Source of the DNA: Microthyrium microscopicum
Taxonomy: Eukaryota
Assembly: GCA_010405405.1 (NCBI GenBank)
Contig: MU004233.1
Span: 1,005,122 to 1,069,121, forward strand
DNA: 64,000 bases
Direction: 5' to 3'
Below are positions 52,444-64,000 of this stretch, piece by piece. The notes under the pieces are model-generated. The model had not been told where the DNA came from, ran no database searches, and saw nothing but the letters and a program-made list of their open reading frames with translations. Numbering within the stretch: position 1 is the stretch's first letter; each line of letters starts with the position of its first letter. The position numbers were made by a program, and so were the translations under genes.

Positions 52444-54066
52444 ATGTCCGTCGCCCATTCTCGAAATGTGTCAACAGACACCACATCATCACAAACATCC
52501 GCATATCAATTCATTCTCGAACATATTCTTTCCTATCCAGGCACTTACGGCGACGTTCCATTACGCTCAATGTATGCGCTCAATCTCCAGGCCATGAATC
52601 GTTCTCTTGGAAGTTCGGCTTCTACATCGGCCACAACCTCCCCCACCACTCCAGCCTTCCCACCACAGGACGAGACAGATGTTCTAAAGCGGTCGCTGCA
52701 AAACTGTTTGGTTAACCAGTATTCCAAATCTAACCCTCAAAAAACAAAATCACTGCCACCCTTTTTCATTATTGATTTTGCCAATAGAGTCTTTGTTGCG
52801 ACCTTGCACATGGTCAATTTCGACCAGGCCCTGACCGCATTAGACTATCTCAAGGATCTGGAAGTGCGCCGACACAAAGAATTGGAACATGCTCTGAAAG
52901 TTATCGCAATCGAGCCTGGCACTATTGGCAAAGAGATAGATGCTCAAACACTATCAAAATACGTCCCTGAAGTCGCCAACTATTTGGAAAGGCTCCCAAA
53001 AAACATAGAACGCGCCGATGTTCTCTATACCCAATTATACGTTGCCCTACGCCGTTGGGTAAGTTCCTCTACCACATGCCTTGATCTACGCTAACCCTAT
53101 CTATAGATAATGATCTACGAAATGTGGTTAGAGCCTTTCAATAAGGCCAGCTGCCATGCCATGCTCAACACACTTTATCCACCAGCACCTGCATCACAAG
53201 TTGCCCCAACTTCGAGATTAACAGTGACGATGCTTAATCAACAGCGAAATGGCTTCTTCAATTACATCAAAGCCGTTGAGAAAGGAGGTAAAGGTTGTTT
53301 ACAAAAGCTTATGATGCAAGGAGCAAAAACAGGCGAACAAGATGGCTGGTCTGCTGTCAGACGCACCCTTACCAACTACCTTAGATTGGCCGACACAATG
53401 ATCAAGGACGCTCAGCACATTGCTACACTCGATGTAGTTTCAATTATTCCAGAAATAGCCATGGAAGGCGAACAATCTAAACGATCAAGTGGCAAAACCG
53501 ACTCTGGAATCAGCTTCAACGGATCAGAAGGACGTCACAGCAAGAACCCATCGACGAGTAGTAGCAAGTCCAGCTTTAGCAATGCTAGTCATGCCAGCTT
53601 CACGTCTTCATCATCGGCCAAATCCCAAGGCAGTACCCTGGAGAGAATAGCAAGGGAGCTTAAGCGGATGCGACCCGGGCGCATCCAAGCAGACGAAATG
53701 ATCAACACCAAGGTTGTCGTTATGCCCCGGAAGCTGGAGTACGTCCCCGAAATTAGCAATTCGACTCCAACTAGTGCCACTTCAGAGGGATCATTCCCAC
53801 GCAATTATCCTTCATCCACCCCAATAACGCCAATAACGCCTATCAATCCTACATTACCAGTACCTTCTCTACCGACACAACAAGCTCCCCGCTCTCGCTT
53901 TGGTGCATTACGGAAAATGAAGTCTCTCACAGCCCTTGCGGAACTGAAGCACAGCAACATGAGCTCTTCTTCGTTACGAGCTGCAGAGCCTTTTGATGCT
54001 GCGGCCATGAAGCAACGCCGCCAAGCTTTTGAGCGCAGCCAGACGAGTAATGTTGGCATGTTCTGA
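52444..54066 (+). CDS. Conserved-looking fungal hypothetical protein; intron 53059-53106
   Basis: Two long ORFs joined by GTAAGT..GCTAAC..AG. Motifs ILEHILSYPG, FDQALTALDYLKDLE and AMLNTLYPP; function unknown. Confidence 0.82.
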
Positions 54067-55737
54067 TTGCAAGTCTCAAAGGTGCTGGCATTGGTCACAC
54101 ACAATCATCTGGTTCTCAGTTCGAGGTTTTTTGAAGCTCCTTTTTTCATCTGGGCCCAAGAGACAGTTTGATGAAGTTGCTTCTGAATGCAGCTTTCATG
54201 CAAGAGAAGCCTGTCGAGCTAGCAGCTCATTGGCGAATACGACCTTCGAAGCGAAATCCAATGCATGCGCTATCAGGAACGCTTTCTCTTTTCCGTGTGT
54301 AACAGCTTGTCAACGGCTTTGGCGCTATCAACCACAACGGCCATCAACTTCCAGCCGAGAAAAACCACAACTGCAAACATCAACACTTGCATGGGCTGCA
54401 TCCAAACAGCCCACATTCTCATCCTTAACTGCTTTCCTTCTTCTTTCCCAACATTGTCGTATACCCCACTTTGCGCGTTTCGGTTTTTCTTCTAGGAATG
54501 TAATTCAAGCGCAGCGAACCGCATTTTGCAGCAAACCAAAAACGGCATGGAAACTCAACCGAGTTCCAATAATTCTTCTTTTCCAACTCTCGACATAGAT
54601 ACCTCACTTGCAAACTACCATAGCATGGCGCTTCTCGGGAATTCCTCCGTATGCATCACAAGACGGCATTACCGCGCATTATACATATTTCCTTTCCGGT
54701 ATGTCAGCATCATGGATTATCACAAAACAAAACTTTTTATCAGACGGCCGGGTACATATTCTCCCACGAGAATCATCATTGTTTTTCCTTTACTACCACA
54801 ACCACCACAACCAAAAGTTAACCTTATACTTGCATGAACACAGACTATACCGGCTTTTCTTGCAAAAGACTAGCTGATTCTGTGTTCCTCTTTCTCTCTC
54901 TCTTGCCCCCTCACCATCCTGGAGGCTTATTTTTCCCCGTCTCAAACACAAGAACAAGGTCACAATTCCGTTGATTCACTTTCTTTTCGCTTTTGAATTT
55001 TCATGGCACGATGTACGATTATGATAGATGCAACATGACCCTCGCCAGAGTCATACCTCACGCTCTTTTTTTACTTATACCCCTTTGATGATTCACGCTT
55101 TGGTTCGGAATCCATCATCCATTCTTTTGGCATGAACTTTGACCTGCGCATTGGATGCGCGGTTTTTTGTATAACAGAAATGATCCGAAAAGACACATTC
55201 TCTTATTTGTTTTATAGTATCGGTACCATGTGTATGGTTGACGGTACAGAACGGTCCTTTTTTGGGAATTGACCTTGTCTTGTTGGGTGGGTGTAGGTGG
55301 TGGTGGTGTGGATTGTGTAGATTATTTGAAGAAATACACTTTATGAGACAATTATTGCTCCTTCCTTTTCGTGATACTTGAGTGATGAGGTGCTTTGATT
55401 GTTACTTCGCTATGAATTATGGTTCTTTCGACTGATTCGCAAAGACTGGCGGCATCAATTGGCTTTATCAGGTTTTGATTACACTTGATTACCTTGGACT
55501 CATCGCAGGGGAAGAAGCTGGCCTTGAGGAGATTGGATATTGTATATAGAAAGTATGACATTCTCATCAATGCCTGCGAGCAAAGCAGCGATGACTGGTA
55601 TCATGCGAATTACTGTACTTCACAGAATCCTTCAACTCTGCCTTGCTCTGCATCTATCGATATCTCACCAGGCGCACCATCTCATCGACATCCGCCGCTC
55701 AATACCATTACACGTCCACACCAGACATCTTCCCAAT

Positions 55738-58700
55738 CTACTCCTTGTCTTCAACACCCAGCGGTTCCGGCTGCGCCACCGAGCTCTCAACATCCACCGC
55801 ACTCTCACTAATCCCCCCCTCCGTCATAAGCCCATCACTGCCCCCCTTCTCCGCCTCATGCACCACCTTCCGCCAGCCAGTGCGCTCAGCGGAGTCTTTA
55901 ACAAATTCGATGGTTGGGAAGTAGTGTTCACACTTTTTCATGGTGGCGACCCATGGCACGTTATCGAATGTCATGACTTTCAGCCGGAAGTACGTGTTAT
56001 CTGGCACTTTCTTGACCTCTTTCAAAAAGTCATCTAATGTTAATGTCTCCACGCCATTGACCGCCATCACGAAATTTGTTGGACTAAGACCATATGCATA
56101 TGCCGGTGATCCGCGCTGTCGGCCACTGATGTATACATCGCTGTGTACTTTGGAGATTTGCTGGCGCACTGCGTGGTGGGGACGGTGTAGGACTGCGCCG
56201 CAGAAGATTACGGCGCGCGTGGTTTCGAGGGCGTCGGTGGGGACGGTGGGGACTGAGAGGGTGAGGGTGCGGCGTTTGCGGACGACGACGGCGGTGAGGG
56301 TGGGCGAGTGGTATTGGATGTCGAGGGCGGTGACGCGGGTGATTAGTTGGTCGTTGAGGGAGAGGATGATGTCGGATTCGAGGAGGGCGCCGGCGTAGCC
56401 AGAGTCTACTTTGCGGACCATGAAGAGTTGGTGGCGTTCGGGGTCTTCGCGTTCGACGCGCTCGATCCATTCTATCGGATAAGTTAGCTTGACTGGTTTT
56501 CAGGAATGAAAGGTGAGAGAGGGGTTGACTTACCTTCAGAGACGCCCATTATGCGCGCTTGGCTCATTTGGATGGTCTGTAGTTCAACGCTCATGATGCG
56601 CAGCTCGGGTTGTTTGCCTTCGCGGATTTGGTTGATGATGGGGAGGATCATGGGAGTTGCTAGGCCGAGATGGTACTCCATATCTTTTCCACTACTATTG
56701 GATCGTTCGCCGAGATATGTGAGCCAAAGGGCCTGGACAGTTCCCTCTTCATCGATGAGAACACCGCTGCCGCACTGTACGGCAAGACCGGTGTCGACAG
56801 TTACTGCATCGAGATTGATGGCGCGATATCGAGGAGTTGTGGCGCTTGCAGGAATTGCGACAGTCGTGATGTCTGTAATTACAGTCTTGGCAACGACAGG
56901 TCTGTAGTTGTGATTGAAGCCAAAGAAGATGGTATCATCACCTTGCTTGACATATTCGGTAGCAAGCTTGGCGGATTGTACTGGTGCTTGTACTAGAGAA
57001 GGATCGTACTTGATGATTGCGTAGTTTTGAAGAGGATGCATGAAGACCACTTCGCCATCTATGATGATAGAGTCGGCGATTGTGACAGTAATATCACACA
57101 AATCGTATGGCACGATTGCGCGTGATATGATGACCAAGCCTTTCTCGGCATCAATTACGAGGCCGTGACCTGTTTTACGTGCTCTGGGAAATCCATCTAG
57201 CTTGATTGGCATGCTTGCAGTGACACGAACAAAGCTTTTGATGATGTCGACTGCTTTTGGGTGACTCCGACTAGGAACGGTGATGAAGTTTGCGCGCTTA
57301 GGAGTGAGTGGTACGGGCTCAATTGCCTTGGCCAGTTCTGTCATGTCCCATAAACCAGTCTTGTCATTCCGGACAACTAGGCTCATTTTCGTTGACCAAT
57401 GCCGATCAACATTGATGATAGCAGTGTTGAGTGTATGAAGGTCACGAAGATGCTTGTATGCAACTACGACGCGGGAACGATCTGCAAAAGTTAGTTGTTG
57501 GATTTCCAGATTGACTAGAAGTGTGACTTACCGGGAATTTCGGCCATGACTTTGATGAATGCATCTAGGTTCGGGGTATCCTTATTATCCACAGAACTGA
57601 TCATCCATCCTGATTCGCTGCCGTCAAACCTAAAAGAACCTGAAGCTTCACAGACGAAGACACCATTACCGGTTGTAGAGATGGCAAAGAGACGCGCTTG
57701 CTGATAAGAAAGATCATGGAAAGAGGCACCAGAGACACTGACGAAGCGATCCGGCGTGATGGCATGTAGGTCGCCAACCGTCAACTCAACTTCGAGATTC
57801 TCTCCTCCACGTTGAACCAGAAGCTTGACCGGTTTATCCACGCTAGAGTCCAGTATATCATCAAGCCGGATGAATTGGGTCAATAGCTCGCCATTGACCT
57901 TGACCAAAATGTCACCTTCCTCAACCTTGTCATCTGCGGGGCCTTCTGGCAGGACCACTTCAGCTACCAGCATACCAGTCTCATTTGGAAACTTTTGTCG
58001 CATTTCAGCTTCCCAGTCCGCTGTGAGTCCTAGTCTGCGACACTCGTCAAATGGCTTTATCATCCATTGCGTTTGTATAGTGCCGCGAGTGATTGGAATG
58101 CCTTCCTGGATACACTTGAGTGCGCGAAGGGGTCGGTCCAGCGGGAGGAAGTAATCTGTAGCAGCGCCATCGGATCGACCACCGGCTTGAAGCGCAATGG
58201 CACAACCGTCGATGTTCACTACCGGACTGCCTGAACTGCCACCACTCGCAGAAGCAGCAGCTTGAATATAGTTGGTGTTGAAGTCGCAATAGCCATCGCC
58301 ATAATCTGGCGCATTTCGATCCAGTCGACTTATGACACCTGAAAGAATACTGAGTTTTTCGCCCGCATCGTTACCCACAACTCGAATTTCGGAACCAACT
58401 CGAGCCTGGTCTGGTCGTAGAGGTAGAGCGGCTAAGGGCATGTACTTGACTGCCTTTGGATCGAACTTGAGAATGCCGAAATCGTGCACAGGATCGCGAT
58501 AGACGGGGTAGACATCAACTTCCTCATGGTTGTCAAAAATGCAATGTCCCCAGAAAGGACCAGCTCCAACCACATGTCGATTTGTAAGAATATAACCTCG
58601 CTCAGCATCCACCACGAAACCTGTAGCTTCGCTGGCCGTTGCGCTTTCCGTGTCGAATGAGCATGTGAGGCACATGTGGATGGCGACAACCTTCTTGACT

Positions 58701-58933
58701 ACTTTTTCTATCGTCTCTTGCCACTCGGCGCTCTCCGCAGCGGTCGTCACCCGTGCCTGGGTCTTTGTCTCGTCGGCATCATGAGCCATGTCGCCGTTGA
58801 GAGGGCTGACAGAGTTTTCTCCGTTTGTAGAGCGAGTAGGCGGTTCCAAGTCAGGTCTCATCTGTTTCGAGGGTCTGTCGCTAGCGGAGGAAGGGTGCTT
58901 GCGTTTATAGCGAGCATCGATTGGGGCATCCAT
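55738..58933 (-). CDS. NMA111: Nuclear HtrA-like serine protease Nma111; introns ~57483-57531 and ~56472-56533
   Basis: [26 protein letters not shown] domains, duplicated architecture and an N-terminal KRK NLS. Confidence 0.95.
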
Positions 58934-60029
58934 CTGATGAAGTAGTGCACGATACACTTGTGGGTACCTGGGATGTGTTGGGGTCGCTGTACGAATTGCG
59001 GCTGTGTACGGTGTGGTGGGTGAGGCGAGTCGAGGTAAATAGGCAGAATGGAAGGCTGCAGATGAAGAGTGGCGAATGGGAAGCTGTGAAGAAAAAGAGT
59101 CAGCATATGTAGCCACTAATTCAAGTCGCAACCAATAGACCAGATAATTGCTGTACTCCCAGAAGCTGCGATACCTACTGTCTAACACACGAGGTGCTAT
59201 GTCACCCGCCGAATGGGTTATGATAGCCTCAAGCTATCGAACAGTCCGATATAGAGGAGTATTGTTTTAGGAGGTGCCGTTGGCCGTAGTAAGGTAGTGA
59301 GAGGGTGATTTTCTCGAAGGTTGGAGGTTGTGATGACTTTACATTCATCCGGGTTTTCAACTCACAGAAAGGAAAGCCGATAGCTTGCAGAATTTTGTAG
59401 GAGAATATGATGTTGACAGAGAGCTGCAGTTGGCCGACAGCAAGTTCAAGTGTCGCATGCCCTCAATGGCAGATACTGCTCCTTTGTACGATTGCCCCTC
59501 CAAGCGTTACTTCTCCTTCCAGTATCCTTTGTGTTTTTGCGGTACAAGCTAGGATGATAGTATGTCGGCGGAATTGACTGATGACGGTCACCGGTTGGTT
59601 ATAGGAAGCGGCGCAAAAAAAGCGAGTTGGTGGTCGACTACGACAGGCGCATTTAGGAGTTGCGGCGAGATAGAGGCACAAGGAACAAGTCGGCCCATGA
59701 ACAACGATGGCCGCCAAAACAAGAGAAGCACAAACAAAGATGCAATGAAGAGAAAGACAATGCAAATAGACAAGTCGATTATGATGAAGTGAAGGCTTGT
59801 AGCTAACAGCACCGAGGAGCTTCTCGTTGACAAGGAAGGACTTGGTCCAAGCTCATATCGTATTCTCCCCTAAAATGCCTTCAGCCAACACCCATTGCAA
59901 TCCTGCAATATGTAAAGTCCCTATGGTCCCATTCCCTGTGAAAGCGCCTCCGAAACACCAAGCCAATTCAATGCTGAATGAAATAACCCGTCCAACGCCA
60001 AAACAGCTTTGAAAGCACCCGGGAGTTGC

Positions 60030-60535
60030 CTAGACCTCATTCTCGTTTGCGACATCTTCGTCACTCACCATTGGCTCCGACTTGACCTCTGCCTTTGGCT
60101 TGCGGGCACGAGGCTTCTTGGGAGTAGATGGACCTTCATCCTCACTAGCAGCGTTGTCTTTGTCCTTGACAGCTGCTTTGCGCTTGCGAGGAGCGGGCTT
60201 CTTCTTGGCGGCTACGGGAGCTGGAGTGCCAGAATTGTCGTCGCCTTCGCTTTTGTCCTCGTTGTCGTCATTGCCAGCATACTCCTTGAAGTGAGCATTC
60301 TTGAACTGCTGAAGGACGTGAGAGCAGGACTTGTAGGTGCGGCCCTCGGGAATTTTGACGCCCTTGAGAGATGGATTGGGACAGTTGGTGAAGAAGATGT
60401 TGGCAAGGAGAGCGAGCTATGGAGTTGTTAGTATTCCATGGTGGCCATTACAGTCGATGGGGATTAGAAGCTCACCTTGTCTTCCTCAGTCCAGCGGCCG
60501 CCGGAGGAGGATTTCTTGTCAGTAGTAGCAGACAT
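60030..60535 (-). CDS. Small Myb/SANT-like protein with a Lys/Ala/Pro-rich tail; intron 60417-60475
   Basis: Spliced MSATTDKKSSSGGRWTEEDK|LALLANIFF...IPEGRTYKSCSHVLQQFK...AAKKKPAPRKRKA...TPKKPRARKPK. Not represented in the ORF track. Confidence 0.75.
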
Positions 60536-62015
60536 GGTGATTGGTTGATTGGTGGTAAGAGCTGATAGAAAGCTGTCTTTGACGTTGACGGCAGAGTTGG
60601 AATTGTTTTGGGTTGGGCTGGCAAAATGTGTAAGTTTCTTGAACATGTGTGGAGAAGAAGTGGGAAGAAGTGGAAGAAGCTGGCAGAGATGGGGATGCTT
60701 TATACCTAACGGCCCGTCGAGTTCGTTTGGCCATCTGACTCGAAAGCTCAGAAGGTTGTCCGAATAGGGATGTTGCTACTTCTCAATTTGGTAATCGGCC
60801 TTCAATTGGGGCAGAGCAACAATAGCCTATTGATGGCGAGTGAGTTTTCGGTGAGTTTTCAGTTGGCCAAAACAAGTGAGGGACGCGGGACTATTGTCGA
60901 TAACGCTGAAGGATGATCAGAGTTTGGAAGAGCCTGGAGTTTTGAAATATTAGGACAGAGCGATTTGTGACCAGCGACTACGATGGGCATTTGCGACTGC
61001 TATGGGATTGGGTTTGAGTGTCAATTTGGAGGTGCGAGATGGGTGTCACTCCCTCCTGTCAACGCTCCCGCCAACATGTCATTCGCAAAATTCAAAAGGG
61101 AAGGAACTGGCCGCACCGCGCTCTGAGGCAGGTGCACCTAAAATTCTTCGACATCATGTTCAGGAAACGGTCCGGAGAGCTCAAAGTCGCGAAATGTGTT
61201 ATTTGATAGCAATACAGGCAAGCCAAGTCTATAATTCTAGAAGATAAGTCGAGCTTCCTCCACCACTGAATAAGACGAAGCACCATAATGAAGATGTCAT
61301 TTGATACCGCATCAGACTTCAGTGGTAAAGAAGAACCACGATATTAGCAAAGAGAAAAGTATCCGCAAGTGGCAGTAGAAACAAAGCAACAGTGTTAGTG
61401 TTAGCACCCTAATATCGACACGCCAAATTACATAGCAGCAACCTGCGGATATAACAAATGCCACTCTCCCTTCAACTCCAACGTGTGCCGTCCTCTCCCA
61501 TCCAAGACCCAATGCAATGCACTCCAGAGACAAGGCTATAGGCGTGTCAATCATCGAATATGCAGTAGAACGCGCAGGGTGGGCATGGCCACCAGCTTGT
61601 TACCATCAATCATTTCATCGATCATCCGCCCCGTTTTGTGGCCGAGTGTTTTGAGACTTATACCAGGCATTCAGTCTAAGTGAAATCCAAAGCAATATCA
61701 AGTAGTACAAAATTCTTCAGGGACGAGTGGCTGTAGTCAACATCCTGGCAGAACCGGCGAAAGTTTTGTCCGTTCATGAGATCCACAAACGATTTTTGCA
61801 TCATAGGAATCGGTGACCATAAAGTTCAATGGGCATGCTACGCAAGTCACAGGGAACATGAGGCAGGAAAGGAAAAACGGGATTTCCAAGTAATTTCATT
61901 GACCATACAAACATGAGGAAGAGCAGAATGTAGACAGCCAGTGATTCCGCACGCAAATAACATCAGGCTAAACTCGCCCTTTGCAATGAACAACACACGA
62001 CAGACAAGCCACCCC

Positions 62016-62538
62016 TCAAATCTCAGCAGCAACCTCCTCCTTCACCACCACCGGTGTGCCCTCCTTGATTTCGCGCTCTGGTGAGTCCATGTTGACCTCC
62101 ACCTCTTCAGCCTCAGGCTTCTTGACCTTTGGCTTTTTAGCACGAGGAGCTTTTGCCTTTTTGGCAGGGGGAGAAGCAGGCAAGTCAGCATCATCACCAG
62201 ACGCCTCGTCGGCGGTTTTGGTGGGAGCCTTGCGCTTGGAAGCAACAGCCTTGTTCTTGGGCTTGGGAGACTCGACGTCGCTTGTGGCTTTGGCGCCTGG
62301 AAGTGGCTTTCCATCCGGGCCGATTGGGAGAGCGTATTGTTTGCGCAATTTGGCGAACATCTGGTTGGTGGCGTGGAATGATCGGCCTGGATGGTCGTCG
62401 GCATTGATGCCGGTCACGTTGCCATGGCGAGTTGCGTGGCGGACGAGAAAGGCGATCTGGTTGAGTTAGTGAGGATTTGATGATAATTGACGGGTTGCGT
62501 ACCTTTTCCTCGTCGGACCAGGCTCCTACAGCTGGCAT
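62016..62538 (-). CDS. Small Myb/SANT-like protein with a Lys/Ala/Pro-rich tail; intron 62457-62502
   Basis: Spliced MPAVGAWSDEEK|IAFLVRH...HPGRSFHATNQMFAKLRKQY...SKRKA...SPPAKKAKAPRAKKPK. Confidence 0.75.
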
Positions 62539-62818
62539 GATGACTTATGGTGGGGTTGTAGTGGATTGATGAGTGATGCTTTTGCAAGGTTTGTGTGAAT
62601 AAGTTTTGTGACGATGTGATGTCAAGGGAGATGTTCGATGAGAAGGATGGGGAAGAATTGTTGATGTGCAGAGGAAGAAGTGTTGCAGATGGAAGCGGGG
62701 CGGGAGACTTTATAGCACTCAATATTCGAGGATATCGTCACTCGTCGTTCCATCGGGTTCTCTCATATCTAGCGTGCAACTTCAAATGACCAGCGATTTC
62801 TTCATTGAGCAAGTGGGT

Positions 62819-63589
62819 TCATTCAAGTTTGTCCAGATGTTCTAGCCGGGTAAGAACTACTTGCTTGCTCGTCTCTTCAATTTCCCCAGCTAGAAAGACC
62901 TCGTCCAGAATAGCATAGACCTGATGGCTGTCAGTATTACTCACTATTGTGTATTATGAGGGAACATATAGCTTGCTCCAATCAAGTTTCGTGCCTGCCA
63001 CTGAATTGTCCAGCGCCACGATTGTGAAGCAGGGTGAGATAAATCTCATTTTCTTTGGCATGGATTGCAATGACAGATGTCATTTCAAGCACGACGGGCA
63101 CAGAACAGTCATACCTTGTAGAAATTGAACACCAAGTCCAGTTCACACACATTGCCGAAAAAAGCATCCAGAACCTCGACGAAAAAATGAATGGCCTCCA
63201 GGTACGCCAGTTCATTGTCGTTGGTATCCACACAAGCACAGAAGAAAAGTCCAGCATATCTCCGGTAGACAATTTTAGACGTGTTTCGAAATTCCACAAA
63301 GTTGGACTGGTGCTTTTGATCTCGGGGAGCAATCAATCTATGAACCTGAAATCGTCAGACATGGTAAAATTTTCCTCTTTGTGAACCTTACTTCGCCCTT
63401 GAGCTTGACCTTATCTTCATCCTACGGTTGTTAGTTGGCCTTACATAGAATAAATCGATGTCACTTACGCCATACGGCGCATACCACTTCGCGAGCCGAG
63501 TCTTTCCCCTGGTGATGGTTAGATCTATCTTGCGGCAACGACGGGCCAACTCACTGCCGATTTTGGATCAACACAAACGAGAGAACCAT
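62819..63589 (-). CDS. APS2: AP-2 adaptor complex sigma subunit (5 exons)
   Basis: [63 protein letters not shown]. Confidence 0.95.
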
Positions 63590-64000
63590 GATGAAACTGG
63601 AAAGAAAGTTTCTTTCATATAGTTTCCGATGCGAGTGTTCAAAAGCGAGGCCGATACTAGACGACACAGAGGTGGTAGTTGAGCTCAACGCGTGGCATGC
63701 CGGGTGGGCCGTGCGTCGGGGCCGGTTTTGGAGTTGTAGCTTTCTACATGTATGTTTCTCAACTCCCTCTCGTTTTATCGATGTTCATGGTTTGCCTGCG
63801 ATGCCTCTTTTAAAGCTGTGGTCTGTCTAGTGGACAATACAGGACACATGATGTTGAAGGCTCTTGAGAATGTGTCGCTGACGCTAAATCTACAGCCTGG
63901 AGTTACGTTACACCACTTGAATCCCATCAGGCTGAAAGCTGGCCATTTGAGGCAATGCGTGCTCGCATTTCTGGGTGCCCAGCATGTGAGAGCAAGGGAA

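Noticed and set aside
58934..59188. N-terminal extension of NMA111 in the ORF track
   Set aside because: Non-ATG start and UTR-like sequence; [12 protein letters not shown] is the more plausible start.

Overview
Intron-containing filamentous ascomycete (Pezizomycotina, probably Dothideomycete) DNA. Two gene-rich blocks flank an 18.5 kb AT-rich island (14696-33167) mutated by repeat-induced point mutation (RIP). Left block: MAK3, a single-exon OTT_1508-like Zn deaminase, SCJ1, divergent CDC7 and YCS4/CND1, and a secreted protein with copper-monooxygenase-like ligand motifs. The island resolves into three nested elements with exact ends and target-site duplications (TSDs): a minus-strand Gypsy element, a plus-strand chromodomain Gypsy inside its pol, and a TA-TSD terminal-inverted-repeat (TIR) element. 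The island appears to split a decayed host gene. Right block: NIF3, a BolA gene, a hypothetical gene, an unRIPed MITE, a HET-6-like remnant, a Mutator-like element that replaced the C-terminus of an NmrA-like gene, peroxisomal acyl-CoA oxidase, a 7.4 kb gene-poor stretch, a conserved hypothetical gene, NMA111, a tandem pair of small Myb-like/H1-tail genes, and APS2. No database searches were run; protein names rest on recognised motifs, and de-RIP translations and intron positions were read by hand.
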